DNA of 24,811 nt from Clostridia bacterium (GTDB lineage: Bacteria > Bacillota > Clostridia > Oscillospirales > CAG-272). This document shows positions 8,981-17,783 of the stretch, piece by piece. The position numbers and the translations under genes were made by a program. Where the stretch lies: positions 1 to 24,811 of the forward strand of contig JAGABQ010000056.1 in the NCBI GenBank assembly GCA_017614495.1, given 5' to 3'. Numbering within the stretch: position 1 is the first letter of the stretch; each line of letters begins with the position of its first letter. The notes under the pieces are model-generated. The model did no database searches. It was given only the letters and a program-made list of their open reading frames with translations, and was not told the DNA's origin.

Positions 8981-9130
8981 TTACTTGGATTCCTTATGAG
9001 GGGTATGCTTTTTGCAGAAACGGCAGTACTTGGTCATTTCAAGTCTGTCAGGGTCATTCTTTTTGTTCTTCATCGTGTCGTAATTGCGCTGTTTGCATTC
9101 CGTGCACGCCAAAGTTATTCTGACTCTCAT
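8981..9130 (-). CDS. rpmG: 50S ribosomal protein L33, zinc-ribbon (C+) type; not in ORF track
   Basis: Manual translation gives [49 protein letters not shown] (49 aa, two CxxC). SD GGAGG at 9136-9140. Confidence 0.97.
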   Translation of the reverse strand: MRVRITLACTECKQRNYDTMKNKKNDPDRLEMTKYCRFCKKHTPHKESK

Positions 9131-9231
9131 TGTATCCTCCCGATATTGTTGACCGCGTCAAGCCTTCACGGCCATATTTTATCTCCCTCAGATCACGGCA
9201 CGCGAAAGCGCCCCAGACAGAGGTAGCAATT

Positions 9232-9260
9232 ATTATACCACAACGAATTCCGTTTGTCAA
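9232..9260 (-). promoter_or_regulatory. sigmaA promoter of rpmG-secE-nusG-rplK-rplA
   Basis: TTGACA (9255-9260), 17 nt spacer, TGgTATAAT (extended -10; hexamer 9232-9237). A8 and A7 tracts lie upstream (9264-9281). Confidence 0.88.
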
Positions 9261-9280
9261 CCGTTTTTTTTGAATTTTTT

Positions 9281-12200
9281 TCAGATATCGTATTTGGAAA
9301 GAATTTCGGCCGGAGTCTTGCTCAGCAGCCTGTTGATCGGCAAAAGTCCGCAGATCAGACAAACGGCGGCAAGGAAGACAAACATCAGCGCGGCGAGCCA
9401 CGCGGGATAGTAAAGCACCCGCGAGGCGTACGACGTCCTTCCGATGACGTAGAATATCCCGGCGCTCGCCAGCAGGAATCCGGGCAAAATCGAAGTGAAC
9501 GCCAGCATCGCCGTTTCGGTCATAAACTCAAATCTGAGATTTCTTTTGCTTACGCCTATCGCGCGATATATCCCGACCTCTCTTACCCTGCTCATCAGTC
9601 CGCTCCGTATCATGAAATAAACGCAGAGCGCAAGCAGGACAAGAATCACGATAAACGGGACGATCCCGCCGACGACGTCGAGATTTTTTACGAGCTTGAG
9701 ATATTCGAGCGTCATATCGGGCGAAATGACGTTGTCACCCTCCTGTCCGCTCTTTCCGTATTCCGCGCCGAAGGTCTCCGACAGATATTTTTCGGCCGCC
9801 TTCACGTCCGTCGCGTGGACGAGATAGTAAACGGGCTCATAATAGTATCTGTACGTTTTGTCATTGCCGTACTTCCACGTCCCGTCGTCGACGAGATCGT
9901 TCGTCTCTCCGTTTACCGAGCAGACGTATAAGTAATCGCTCTCCGACACGGTGAAGAAATAATCGGAAATGTTCCCGGGCGAGACGTTGCCGAGGCTGTT
10001 GCTGTAGTTCATAACGTCCTCGGACAGAGCGTCAAATCCGGCCCAGGAGCCGAGCGACAGATAGAAATCGTCGCTCCTCAGCGTGTATAACCTCGGGTAT
10101 GAAGAATCGCTGTATTTTTCCGCAAAGTTCGCGGCTCCCGGATCAATGCCGTACGCGGCGCGGAACTTGACGAGATAATAGTAATATCTGACCGAGAATC
10201 CGTCTCCGTACGCAACGAATCTGGCGTCGGCAAAACCCGATTTTCTGTAAACCGAATCGGCGGAAATGGCGTCGAAAGACGTCCCCCTGACGCCGTTTTT
10301 AACGCAGTATTCGACCCAGTCTTCAAAATATCCGTAGGCGTAATCAAACACCGCAAAGGGATATTTTTCGGCAAGTCGCGCGGCGCCAGACCCTCCGTCA
10401 TTGATCCCGAGCGAAGCCGCGAACGACGCGTCGGAGGCGAGTTTTTCGTAAAACGCCCCGGTTTCGGCGAGCTGGAACACTCCCGAAACAAGATCGTAAA
10501 CGTCCTTATGCTCTCCGCGGAGATAATCCTCATAACTCCCGTAAAGATCTCTTATCTCGGAAACAACGAATTCCCTGCCGCTTATCTTCAGCTTATCCCC
10601 TTCCGATGTGGACACGGTTGGATCCGAACCGGCATATATCCTCTCCGGTATCCTGTTAAGTATGATCGCGCCGTCGGGAGTTTCTCCCTTAACTATCCTG
10701 AGGCCAGACCGGACCGCGTTTATATCGATAAGGTAGTCTTCGGGAACATATACCGCTCTCTCGTTCGTATCGAGTACCGCGGCGATCTTCCTTCCGTGGC
10801 TCCCGTTGACGAGACCGATCAGGTCTTCGTAGTTTTTTAGATATCCGACCCGCGACTGTTTGAGCAGATCGTCGGCGACCGGCCTCGTTATCCATTCGCA
10901 GTCTGCGTCCTCTGTCTTTTCACCCGCGGAAACCGGCGTCTGCCTGCCAAGCGAAAACGGGAGAGTGACGGCGCTCGTTTCGAGCGAGACCGAGGTTTCG
11001 TCGGTCACGAAATAATCCGGCCTCGTCAGTATGGCGTCTCCCTCAACGAGAGCGTAGTACGGCCTGTTTGAATAATAGATATAGTCTATACCGGAACCGG
11101 AATCGCCCACGGCGGCGTAAAGCTTTTCGCCCGCTCCCTCTATTTCTTCCCCTACGTAGAAGACGCGGTCGTTGAACGACGAGGCGTTTTCGCTTACCGC
11201 CGACAGCTTTTTGCCGTATATGGCGGTCAGAAGGACGGCCACGCCGGCGAGAAGCGCCATGCACGCGCGCAGGAACGCCTTCCCTTTTTTCTTTTTTGCC
11301 GTTCCTAACGACGAGGAAACGCGCTTTCTGATCGACCCGAAAAAGCTGTATAATTTGCCGTAATCGCTCTTCTTCGCCTCGGGGAGCTCCGGAAGCTCAA
11401 CGTACTCGCCCGCCGCGGTCACCGACCGGTTGGCGGCGTTTTCTTCAAATTTACCCTCGCGCAGACGGATCTCGTTCGTATCGTCGATGACCGTTACGTT
11501 CGGAGCGTCGACCTTCAGATATATCCTGTCGCCTGTGTTTACGATCCTGAGACCTATGGGCGCGCCGGGCTTTTCGCCGTAATATTTCAGGGAAACGCGT
11601 TCCGTGTCCTCATCATGCTCGTCATATTCGCCGAGAAAGACGTCGTTTTTTGATCGGTGGGAATACCCCTCGACGCTCCCGTTTTTTCTGACGTCGGTAA
11701 CCTGCCCGTCCGACAGGCGTATGACTGTCTCGCAGTAATAATCTACGAGCTTTTCCTCATGGGTCACGAGGACAACGAGACAGGTCTCGGATATCCTTTT
11801 GAGCATATCCATGACCATCACGGTGTTCGCCTCGTCGAGGTTGCCTGTCGGCTCGTCCGCGAGGATAATTTTCGGGGACTTGACGATCGCCCGGGCGATC
11901 GCAACGCGCTGCTGCTGTCCGCCCGAGAGATTTCCTGGATATCTCTTGCGGTATTTTTCCATACCGACGTTTGACAGCGCCGTCAGGACGCGGTCGCTTA
12001 TGATTTTCTCATCCTTAACGCCGCAAAGGCGGAGGACGTCCGCGACGTTGTCGAAGACGCTCTTTTCGTAGCTGAGGTTGTAGTTCTGGAAAATATACCC
12101 GATCATCCTGTTGCGGATATAATCGTCGCCGCCGCTGAAGCGCGAGCCGTCGATCTCTATCTCTCCGCCGTCGGCGCGGTCGAGCCCGCCGAAAACGTTG

Positions 12201-12349
12201 AGCAGCGTCGTCTTGCCGCAGCCGCTTTTGCCGAATATCGCCGTAATGCCGGTTTCCGGAAGCTCGAGACTGATATCGTTTATAACGTGAATCTCGTTGC
12301 TTTTTCCCTTGTTGTAATACTTGTCAAGGTGTCTGGCAGTTATTCTCAT
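9281..12349 (-). CDS. ABC ATPase fused to FtsX/MacB-type permease (1022 aa)
   Basis: Walker [28 protein letters not shown] and VTHE. One TM, a large extracytoplasmic domain, then three C-terminal TMs with [17 protein letters not shown] at 12356-12360. ATGA overlap with the upstream gene. Confidence 0.9.
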   Translation of the reverse strand: MRITARHLDKYYNKGKSNEIHVINDISLELPETGITAIFGKSGCGKTTLLNVFGGLDRADGGEIEIDGSRFSGGDDYIRNRMIGYIFQNYNLSYEKSVFDNVADVLRLCGVKDEKIISDRVLTALSNVGMEKYRKRYPGNLSGGQQQRVAIARAIVKSPKIILADEPTGNLDEANTVMVMDMLKRISETCLVVLVTHEEKLVDYYCETVIRLSDGQVTDVRKNGSVEGYSHRSKNDVFLGEYDEHDEDTERVSLKYYGEKPGAPIGLRIVNTGDRIYLKVDAPNVTVIDDTNEIRLREGKFEENAANRSVTAAGEYVELPELPEAKKSDYGKLYSFFGSIRKRVSSSLGTAKKKKGKAFLRACMALLAGVAVLLTAIYGKKLSAVSENASSFNDRVFYVGEEIEGAGEKLYAAVGDSGSGIDYIYYSNRPYYALVEGDAILTRPDYFVTDETSVSLETSAVTLPFSLGRQTPVSAGEKTEDADCEWITRPVADDLLKQSRVGYLKNYEDLIGLVNGSHGRKIAAVLDTNERAVYVPEDYLIDINAVRSGLRIVKGETPDGAIILNRIPERIYAGSDPTVSTSEGDKLKISGREFVVSEIRDLYGSYEDYLRGEHKDVYDLVSGVFQLAETGAFYEKLASDASFAASLGINDGGSGAARLAEKYPFAVFDYAYGYFEDWVEYCVKNGVRGTSFDAISADSVYRKSGFADARFVAYGDGFSVRYYYYLVKFRAAYGIDPGAANFAEKYSDSSYPRLYTLRSDDFYLSLGSWAGFDALSEDVMNYSNSLGNVSPGNISDYFFTVSESDYLYVCSVNGETNDLVDDGTWKYGNDKTYRYYYEPVYYLVHATDVKAAEKYLSETFGAEYGKSGQEGDNVISPDMTLEYLKLVKNLDVVGGIVPFIVILVLLALCVYFMIRSGLMSRVREVGIYRAIGVSKRNLRFEFMTETAMLAFTSILPGFLLASAGIFYVIGRTSYASRVLYYPAWLAALMFVFLAAVCLICGLLPINRLLSKTPAEILSKYDI

Positions 12350-14529
12350 CTTCCGCTCCTTATCGCCTTTTTGACCGACTCTCTGAACAGTCTCCTGACG
12401 TGCTTGACGGTCACTCGCGTGACGATTATCAGCATACCCGCGACGACAAGAAGGAAGGTCGCCGGGGAAACGTAGGTAAGCGACGCGCTGAGCTCAGGCA
12501 CGCCGAATATCACGGCGACGGTGACGGCAGAAATAACGATCGCCGGCACAGCCGAGATGAACATGCGGAAAAACATACCGAGACGTATCACCCTGACGGG
12601 TATGCCCATCGAGCGCATCACGGCCATTTCTCCTCTGAAAGCGTCTATCGTACGCGACGTGCAGAGGTTTATGAAAAACGAAATGCACACCACTCCGAGG
12701 ACCCACATGATTGCCGAGAAAATGCAGCCGAGAAACGCCTCGACGAGTTCAAGGAGCGTAAGTTCCCTCTCGGTGTCGGAGCTGACCGCAACGTACACGT
12801 CGCCCGTTGCGAGGGATGCGGCTTTTTTCGCTTCTCTTTTGCTGCCGAACATCAGCGAGATCTGAGGATATCCGTCCTCTCCGCCCGTCAGCTTTTTAAA
12901 GAATCCGACGTAACGCTCTATGCTCACGCACAGGACCGGCCCGCCGTAATCCTGCTTGAAAGCAAGGGTGATCTCCCTGTAATTTCCGACAAAAGTTTCG
13001 CTGATTTCCGGTCCGCTGTTCCTTCCGAACGATACGGAACCGGAAACGGTCACCTCGTAGTCACGCTTGTTATCGTCCGGAAGACCGATGACCGAGATCT
13101 CGTTTCCCGATAGTTTGCCGGACGGCACGACGGAGGTGAACGCGACCGTCTCCTCCTTCCCTGGAGCGGACGCTCTCAGGGACATATACAGCTCGCCGCA
13201 GCAGCAGGCGGAGATATATTCAAAACCTTTTTCCGATACGACAATGCAAGGGTCTTCCCTGTTGTCTCTCACGGTTTTAAGCCCCACGACGCGGAACTCA
13301 CACCCGAAAACGCTCGCCGCAAACGGCTCGAACCCCGAGACCGAATAACTCTCAACCGCACAGCTCACCGGCAGGATCACAAGTATCTCGTCGGCCTCGA
13401 CCGGCATCCTGCCGACCGTCGGTCTGACCTCCGTGCCCGCGGGAAGCACCCTGCATGACGAAAGCATATCCGAAAATCCGTTTTCGGTCGTAATCGTGGC
13501 CGGGGAATCAAAGATCGCGTCGAATCTTACGCACGATTCCGCTCCGGTTTTGTCAATCAGTGAAGAAGTCTCGGCGTCGGAAGGCGGCGCGCCGTCCCGG
13601 CGCGCGACGACCGTTCTGCCCTCTATCGGTTTGAAAACGTACTGTTTTTTGAAAAGTTCAAGAGCCGACGCGCTTGCGGACGAAAGACCGAGCACGGCAA
13701 AGGTGCCGATCAGAAGAAGAACGCATATAAAAAGCGACAGGAGCGGCTTTGATCTGAAAATCGCCCATCCGAGCGAAAAGCCGTTCGAAACGTCACCCGC
13801 TGCGCTTTCTTTTTCGACATCGGGTATCTCCCCGCGGCAGACCTCGTGTTCTCTGAGTTCCGTATCGGAGGCGACCGCGCCGTCGTATATCCTTATATGT
13901 CGTGTCGCGTACATCTCGGACTCGTCAAAGCTGTGAGTGACGACGATTACGAGCTTGTCCCTCGATATCTCGCTGAGGAGAGACATTATCTCGCGCGAGG
14001 AGGCCGCGTCGAGATTTCCCGTCGGCTCGTCAGCAAGTATAATCGGGCTGTCCTTCGCGAGCGCGCGGGCGATGAGCGTCCTTTGTTTCTGTCCTCCCGA
14101 CAGTTTTGAGCCCTTGTGTCCCGCGTGACCGGCCATGCCGACCCTGTCAAGGAGTTCCATCGCGCGGCGTCTCCGCTCTGCCGCGGATTTTATATGCATG
14201 AGCGAGAGCTCAACGTTCTGAAGAACCGTAAAGCTCTCTATGATGTTGTAGTCCTGAAAGATGAACGAGATGTATTTTTTGCGGTATTCTTCCCAGTCGG
14301 GCTGGAGATAATGCGAGGTCGGCTGTCCTTCTATAAAGAGTTCGCCCTCTTCGTACGTGTCCATACCGCTTATTACGTTGAGCAGCGTGGATTTGCCTGA
14401 GCCGGACTCGCCCGTGACCGCCACGAACTCGCCGCGCTCAAAAGACGCGTTGACTCCGCGGATACCCACGGCCACGGCGCCCTCCGACGCGTATATTTTG
14501 CCTATGTTTTTCAGTTCGAGAAATGCCAA
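12346..14529 (-). CDS. ABC ATPase fused to FtsX/MacB-type permease (727 aa)
   Basis: Walker [28 protein letters not shown] and VTHS. 1+3 TM topology with EMAVMRSMG. TTG start with GGGAGGG at 14537-14543. Confidence 0.9.
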   Translation of the reverse strand: MAFLELKNIGKIYASEGAVAVGIRGVNASFERGEFVAVTGESGSGKSTLLNVISGMDTYEEGELFIEGQPTSHYLQPDWEEYRKKYISFIFQDYNIIESFTVLQNVELSLMHIKSAAERRRRAMELLDRVGMAGHAGHKGSKLSGGQKQRTLIARALAKDSPIILADEPTGNLDAASSREIMSLLSEISRDKLVIVVTHSFDESEMYATRHIRIYDGAVASDTELREHEVCRGEIPDVEKESAAGDVSNGFSLGWAIFRSKPLLSLFICVLLLIGTFAVLGLSSASASALELFKKQYVFKPIEGRTVVARRDGAPPSDAETSSLIDKTGAESCVRFDAIFDSPATITTENGFSDMLSSCRVLPAGTEVRPTVGRMPVEADEILVILPVSCAVESYSVSGFEPFAASVFGCEFRVVGLKTVRDNREDPCIVVSEKGFEYISACCCGELYMSLRASAPGKEETVAFTSVVPSGKLSGNEISVIGLPDDNKRDYEVTVSGSVSFGRNSGPEISETFVGNYREITLAFKQDYGGPVLCVSIERYVGFFKKLTGGEDGYPQISLMFGSKREAKKAASLATGDVYVAVSSDTERELTLLELVEAFLGCIFSAIMWVLGVVCISFFINLCTSRTIDAFRGEMAVMRSMGIPVRVIRLGMFFRMFISAVPAIVISAVTVAVIFGVPELSASLTYVSPATFLLVVAGMLIIVTRVTVKHVRRLFRESVKKAIRSGR

Positions 14530-14555
14530 ATCATTGCCCTCCCTTCGCCTGCGAT

Positions 14556-14584
14556 ATTATACCATAACGCCGATCTTTTATCAA
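14556..14584 (-). promoter_or_regulatory. sigmaA promoter of the ABC pair
   Basis: TTGATA (14579-14584), 17 nt spacer, TGgTATAAT (hexamer 14556-14561). Confidence 0.78.
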
Positions 14585-14588
14585 CATC

Positions 14589-14618
14589 AAAAACCGGGGC
14601 GGAATTTCTCCACCCCGG
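14589..14618 (-). terminator. Intrinsic terminator after the SPFH operon
   Basis: CCGGGGTGGA-gaaat-TCCGCCCCGG (10 bp with one G-U pair) followed by TTTTT on the - strand. Confidence 0.8.
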
Positions 14619-14634
14619 CGCCGTTTTTTCGGGA

Positions 14635-15675
14635 TTATTCCGTCATATCCGACGGTATCATGATCGTTCCGGAGCCCTCTCCCATCATAACGCGCGGGAG
14701 AACCCCGTCCCAGACCGACAGATATTCGATGTATCTGAGATAGTCTGAAACAAGCCGGATCTCGTCGGCGGTCTTGCCTCCGAAATCGATCTCGTAGGTC
14801 GTTTCCTCGCCGTTTTTCACTTCGTTTATCGTGAATCCGAGCATACGTGCGACCTCTATCGATTTGAGAGCGATCGACTTTGCCTCGGCGTCGGCTATAG
14901 CTATCTGCGCCTCCGCCTGGCCCTGCGCCTCTGCTATCTTTGCCTGGGCGTCGAGCTTGGCAACCTCGAGCTCTTTTTCCGCCTCGATGACCGCTTTTTC
15001 TTTTTCGTATTCAGCTTTGAGTTTTTCCTGCTCCGCTATCATCTTGTCCTCAACGGTGGACTCGAAGGCCTCGCTGAAGGATATATCCGTCAGAACGACG
15101 GTCACGATGTTCACGTAGTAAGTGTCGGAGATGCCCTCTTTGATGACCTTTTCCACCTCGGGCGAGATCTTTGCCCTCGTCTCGATGATGGTCATCGCGG
15201 AGTACTGTGAGAGAACCGACTTTGCCTTCTCGATACACGCGGAGTTGACTCTGTTCTGCAAGAGCGACAGATCCCCGTATCTCACAGCTATATCCATGGC
15301 ATACTCGGTGTTTATCATATACTGAACAGTCATGTTGATATTCATCGTCTGCGCGTCCTTGGAATACGCTTCGGTGTGAATATCTATGTTCTGGACCTTT
15401 GCGTCGTACACCTCATATTCCCGGGAGACCCAGAAATCGAAGTAAGTTCCGGCAGTTCTCACGTATTCGGCTCTTCCCCAGACCTTTACGACGGCAATTT
15501 CTCCCGCCTCCACGGTATGGATGCTCGACGGCACCACGATGAACGCCGCGACGGCGGCGATCGCCAGGATAACCGGCAGGGGCTTGATGCGCGATCCTTT
15601 TCTTCTTTCAAGCACCATGACAATGACTGACATCGCGAAAACGGCAATTATAACGATAGTAGCAATATTTTTCAT
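14635..15675 (-). CDS. SPFH/band-7 prohibitin-like membrane protein (346 aa)
   Basis: Two N-terminal hydrophobic segments. SPFH core (HTVEAGEIAVVKVWG...EAYSKDAQTMNINMTV...LTDISFSEAFESTVEDKMIAEQ), AE-rich coiled coil, and C-terminal WDGVLP. Confidence 0.85.
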   Translation of the reverse strand: MKNIATIVIIAVFAMSVIVMVLERRKGSRIKPLPVILAIAAVAAFIVVPSSIHTVEAGEIAVVKVWGRAEYVRTAGTYFDFWVSREYEVYDAKVQNIDIHTEAYSKDAQTMNINMTVQYMINTEYAMDIAVRYGDLSLLQNRVNSACIEKAKSVLSQYSAMTIIETRAKISPEVEKVIKEGISDTYYVNIVTVVLTDISFSEAFESTVEDKMIAEQEKLKAEYEKEKAVIEAEKELEVAKLDAQAKIAEAQGQAEAQIAIADAEAKSIALKSIEVARMLGFTINEVKNGEETTYEIDFGGKTADEIRLVSDYLRYIEYLSVWDGVLPRVMMGEGSGTIMIPSDMTE

Positions 15676-15720
15676 TTTGAATGCTCCGTCCTTTCTGTAT
15701 TATTCAATGCGGTTTTGACG

Positions 15721-17136
15721 TCAGTCGGCAGCGCCTGCGTCCTCCGATACCATCCCCGCGGCTTTCCCTCCGGCAAAGCCGGCGATCAGCGAGGTAATAT
15801 CGATACCGGTCGACTCCTTTACTCCCTCTATCACCTGATTGGCGGTCGTCATTACGTCCTTTACGACCTTTGTGGCGTTTCCGTCACCGTACATGACTAT
15901 CCTGTCGGTCTGTGCGAGCGGCTCGGCGGCATTCTTCACGACCTCGGGAAGGGCTTTGAGGTACATTTCAAGGACCGACGCCTCGCCCATTTTGCGCTGC
16001 GCCTCGGCTTTTTTCTCGATTGCCTCGGCCTCTGCAAGGCCCTTGGCCCTGATACCCTCGGCCTCCTGTTCCATAGCAAACCTCGCGGCCTCGGCGGCGA
16101 CGCGCTTTGCCTGCGCCTCCTGCATCGCCTCGTATTTCTTTGCCTCGGCGTCCTTCTGACGGCGGATAAGATCTGCCTCCGCCTCTTTTTCCGCTTTGTA
16201 TTTCATCGCGTCCGCCTGTTTTCTGATCTCGGCGTCGAGCTTTCTTTCACGGAGCGCAATTTCCTTTTCGGCGAGCTCTGCCTCTTTTTCGCGGCGGGCA
16301 ATATCGGCGTTTGCGCGGGTGACCTCGATGGTCTTGCGCTGCGCCTCCTGCTGGATGTTGTACGCGGCGTCGGCCTCGGCGCGCTTGTTGTCCGCCATGA
16401 CCTTCATATCCGACTGCTGTACCGCGAGCGCCGCGTCCTGTTCGGCAATAAGCTTCTCCGCTTCGACCTTTACGGCGTTTGCCTCCTGCTGTGCGTTTGC
16501 CGTCGCGATCGCTATGTCACGCTGAGCGTTCGCCTTGGCAATCTGAGCGTTTTTCCTTATCTGCTCGACGTTGTCGATACCCATATTCTCTATCGTACCG
16601 GCGGCGTCCTTGAAATTCTGGATGTTGAAGTTTACGACCTCAATCCCGAGCTTTTCCATGTCCGGAACGACGTTTTCGGTTATCTTTTTGGCAACGCCCT
16701 GCCTGTCCTGGACCATTTCCTTGAGGCCGACGGAGCCGACAATCTCGCGCATGTTGCCCTCGAGCACCTGCGTCACCAGCATCACGAGCTCGTTTCTGTT
16801 CATGCCGAGGAGAGACTCCGCGGCTTTTTCGAGAAGCTTGGGATTGGAACTGACCTTGACGTTGGCCACGCCGTCGACAGTCACGTTGATGAACTCGTTC
16901 GTCGGGACCGCCTCGGACGTCTTAACGTCGACCTGCATGACCCTCAGGGATATTTTGTCGACTCTTTCGAAGAACGGGAATCTCCAGCCCGCTCTACCTA
17001 TGAGGATCCTTTTCTTGCCGAGACCCGAGATGATATAAGCGACGTCTGGCGGGGCTTTCAGGTATCCGGCGGCAAACAGCATGGCTGCTACGATGGCAGC
17101 CGCAACTATGATTGAGATAATAACGATGGGCGGCAT
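15721..17136 (-). CDS. Flotillin-family protein (471 aa)
   Basis: N-terminal TM; YLKAPPDVAYIISG, VPTNEFINVTVDGVANVK, VLEGNMREIVG, DMEKLGIEVVNFNIQ; long EA/AEA coiled coil (GLAEAEAIEKKAEA); LPEVVKNAAEPL. SD GGAG at 17146-17149. Confidence 0.92.
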   Translation of the reverse strand: MPPIVIISIIVAAAIVAAMLFAAGYLKAPPDVAYIISGLGKKRILIGRAGWRFPFFERVDKISLRVMQVDVKTSEAVPTNEFINVTVDGVANVKVSSNPKLLEKAAESLLGMNRNELVMLVTQVLEGNMREIVGSVGLKEMVQDRQGVAKKITENVVPDMEKLGIEVVNFNIQNFKDAAGTIENMGIDNVEQIRKNAQIAKANAQRDIAIATANAQQEANAVKVEAEKLIAEQDAALAVQQSDMKVMADNKRAEADAAYNIQQEAQRKTIEVTRANADIARREKEAELAEKEIALRERKLDAEIRKQADAMKYKAEKEAEADLIRRQKDAEAKKYEAMQEAQAKRVAAEAARFAMEQEAEGIRAKGLAEAEAIEKKAEAQRKMGEASVLEMYLKALPEVVKNAAEPLAQTDRIVMYGDGNATKVVKDVMTTANQVIEGVKESTGIDITSLIAGFAGGKAAGMVSEDAGAAD

Positions 17137-17137
17137 T

Positions 17138-17722
17138 TTATTGTTCTCCTTTGCCTTTTATTTTTGTCCTGATGTTTTCGAGCAGGTCATGCGCGATCCT
17201 GCTCATCTCCGCCGAGCGATACGCGTAAAACATTGTTTTGAGTATCTCGGCGACGGTTTCCCTGTCCTCCGCTCTGAGAAAAGTCAGATCCTCGGTTATG
17301 GACTGGGCGTTTGCGCTTAGCTTGGCAGGGTTAAGGGCTCCCTCGTTCATTGCGCACAGTTCGGCAAAACAGCCGTACAGCACGTCGTCGGGGATCAGAT
17401 CGTCCCCTTCGTCCGAGAGATCGCCGTTTACGCTCGACAGCATGTCGGTGATCTCGCCTATCTGCATCGTGTCGCTCAGCATATTTATTATGATGAACCT
17501 GCAGAGCTGTCTCTTCGTATACTGCTTGTTTTCCGAATGAGACACGAATCCGCGAGCGATCCAGTTCTGTATCGAATACGGTTCAATGCCTGTAAGCGCG
17601 ATAACCTGTGACCTGTAAATATCCCCTCCGGCGAAGATGTGATCGAGCGCGTCGTTTATTCTTCGTCGGTTCACGACGTCGGTCATGATCGTCGTGCCGG
17701 GAAAACAGTTCTTTTTTTCCAT
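17138..17722 (-). CDS. DUF1836-like protein with predicted N-terminal MerR-like helix-turn-helix; putative regulator
   Basis: SQVIALTGIEPYSIQNWIARGFV....KQYTKRQLCRFIIINML resembles DUF1836 proteins as recalled (not searched). Stop lies 1 nt before the flotillin ATG. Confidence 0.68.
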   Translation of the reverse strand: MEKKNCFPGTTIMTDVVNRRRINDALDHIFAGGDIYRSQVIALTGIEPYSIQNWIARGFVSHSENKQYTKRQLCRFIIINMLSDTMQIGEITDMLSSVNGDLSDEGDDLIPDDVLYGCFAELCAMNEGALNPAKLSANAQSITEDLTFLRAEDRETVAEILKTMFYAYRSAEMSRIAHDLLENIRTKIKGKGEQ

Positions 17723-17754
17723 TGTCTCACCGCCTTTCCGCGTCCGTTTATATG

Positions 17755-17783
17755 ATTATATCACGCAGTCAAGTGATTGTCAA
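17755..17783 (-). promoter_or_regulatory. sigmaA promoter of DUF1836-like/flotillin/SPFH operon
   Basis: TTGACA (17778-17783), 17 nt spacer, TATAAT (17755-17760). Confidence 0.86.

Noticed and set aside
9131-9230. tRNA, SECIS or known riboswitch in the rpmG leader
   Set aside because: No cloverleaf, T-loop or CCA. The hairpin overlaps the UGA rather than following it as a bacterial SECIS would, and I recognise no riboswitch consensus.
9054-9401. 115-aa - strand ORF spanning the ABC end, promoter and rpmG start
   Set aside because: It crosses a consensus promoter and overlaps two real genes out of frame, and the translation of the A-tracts is low-complexity.
14511-14534. Mini-ORF MIWHFSN* overlapping the ABC TTG start
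   Set aside because: Its ATG is only 2 nt from the SD, while the in-frame TTG is at a 7-nt spacing.
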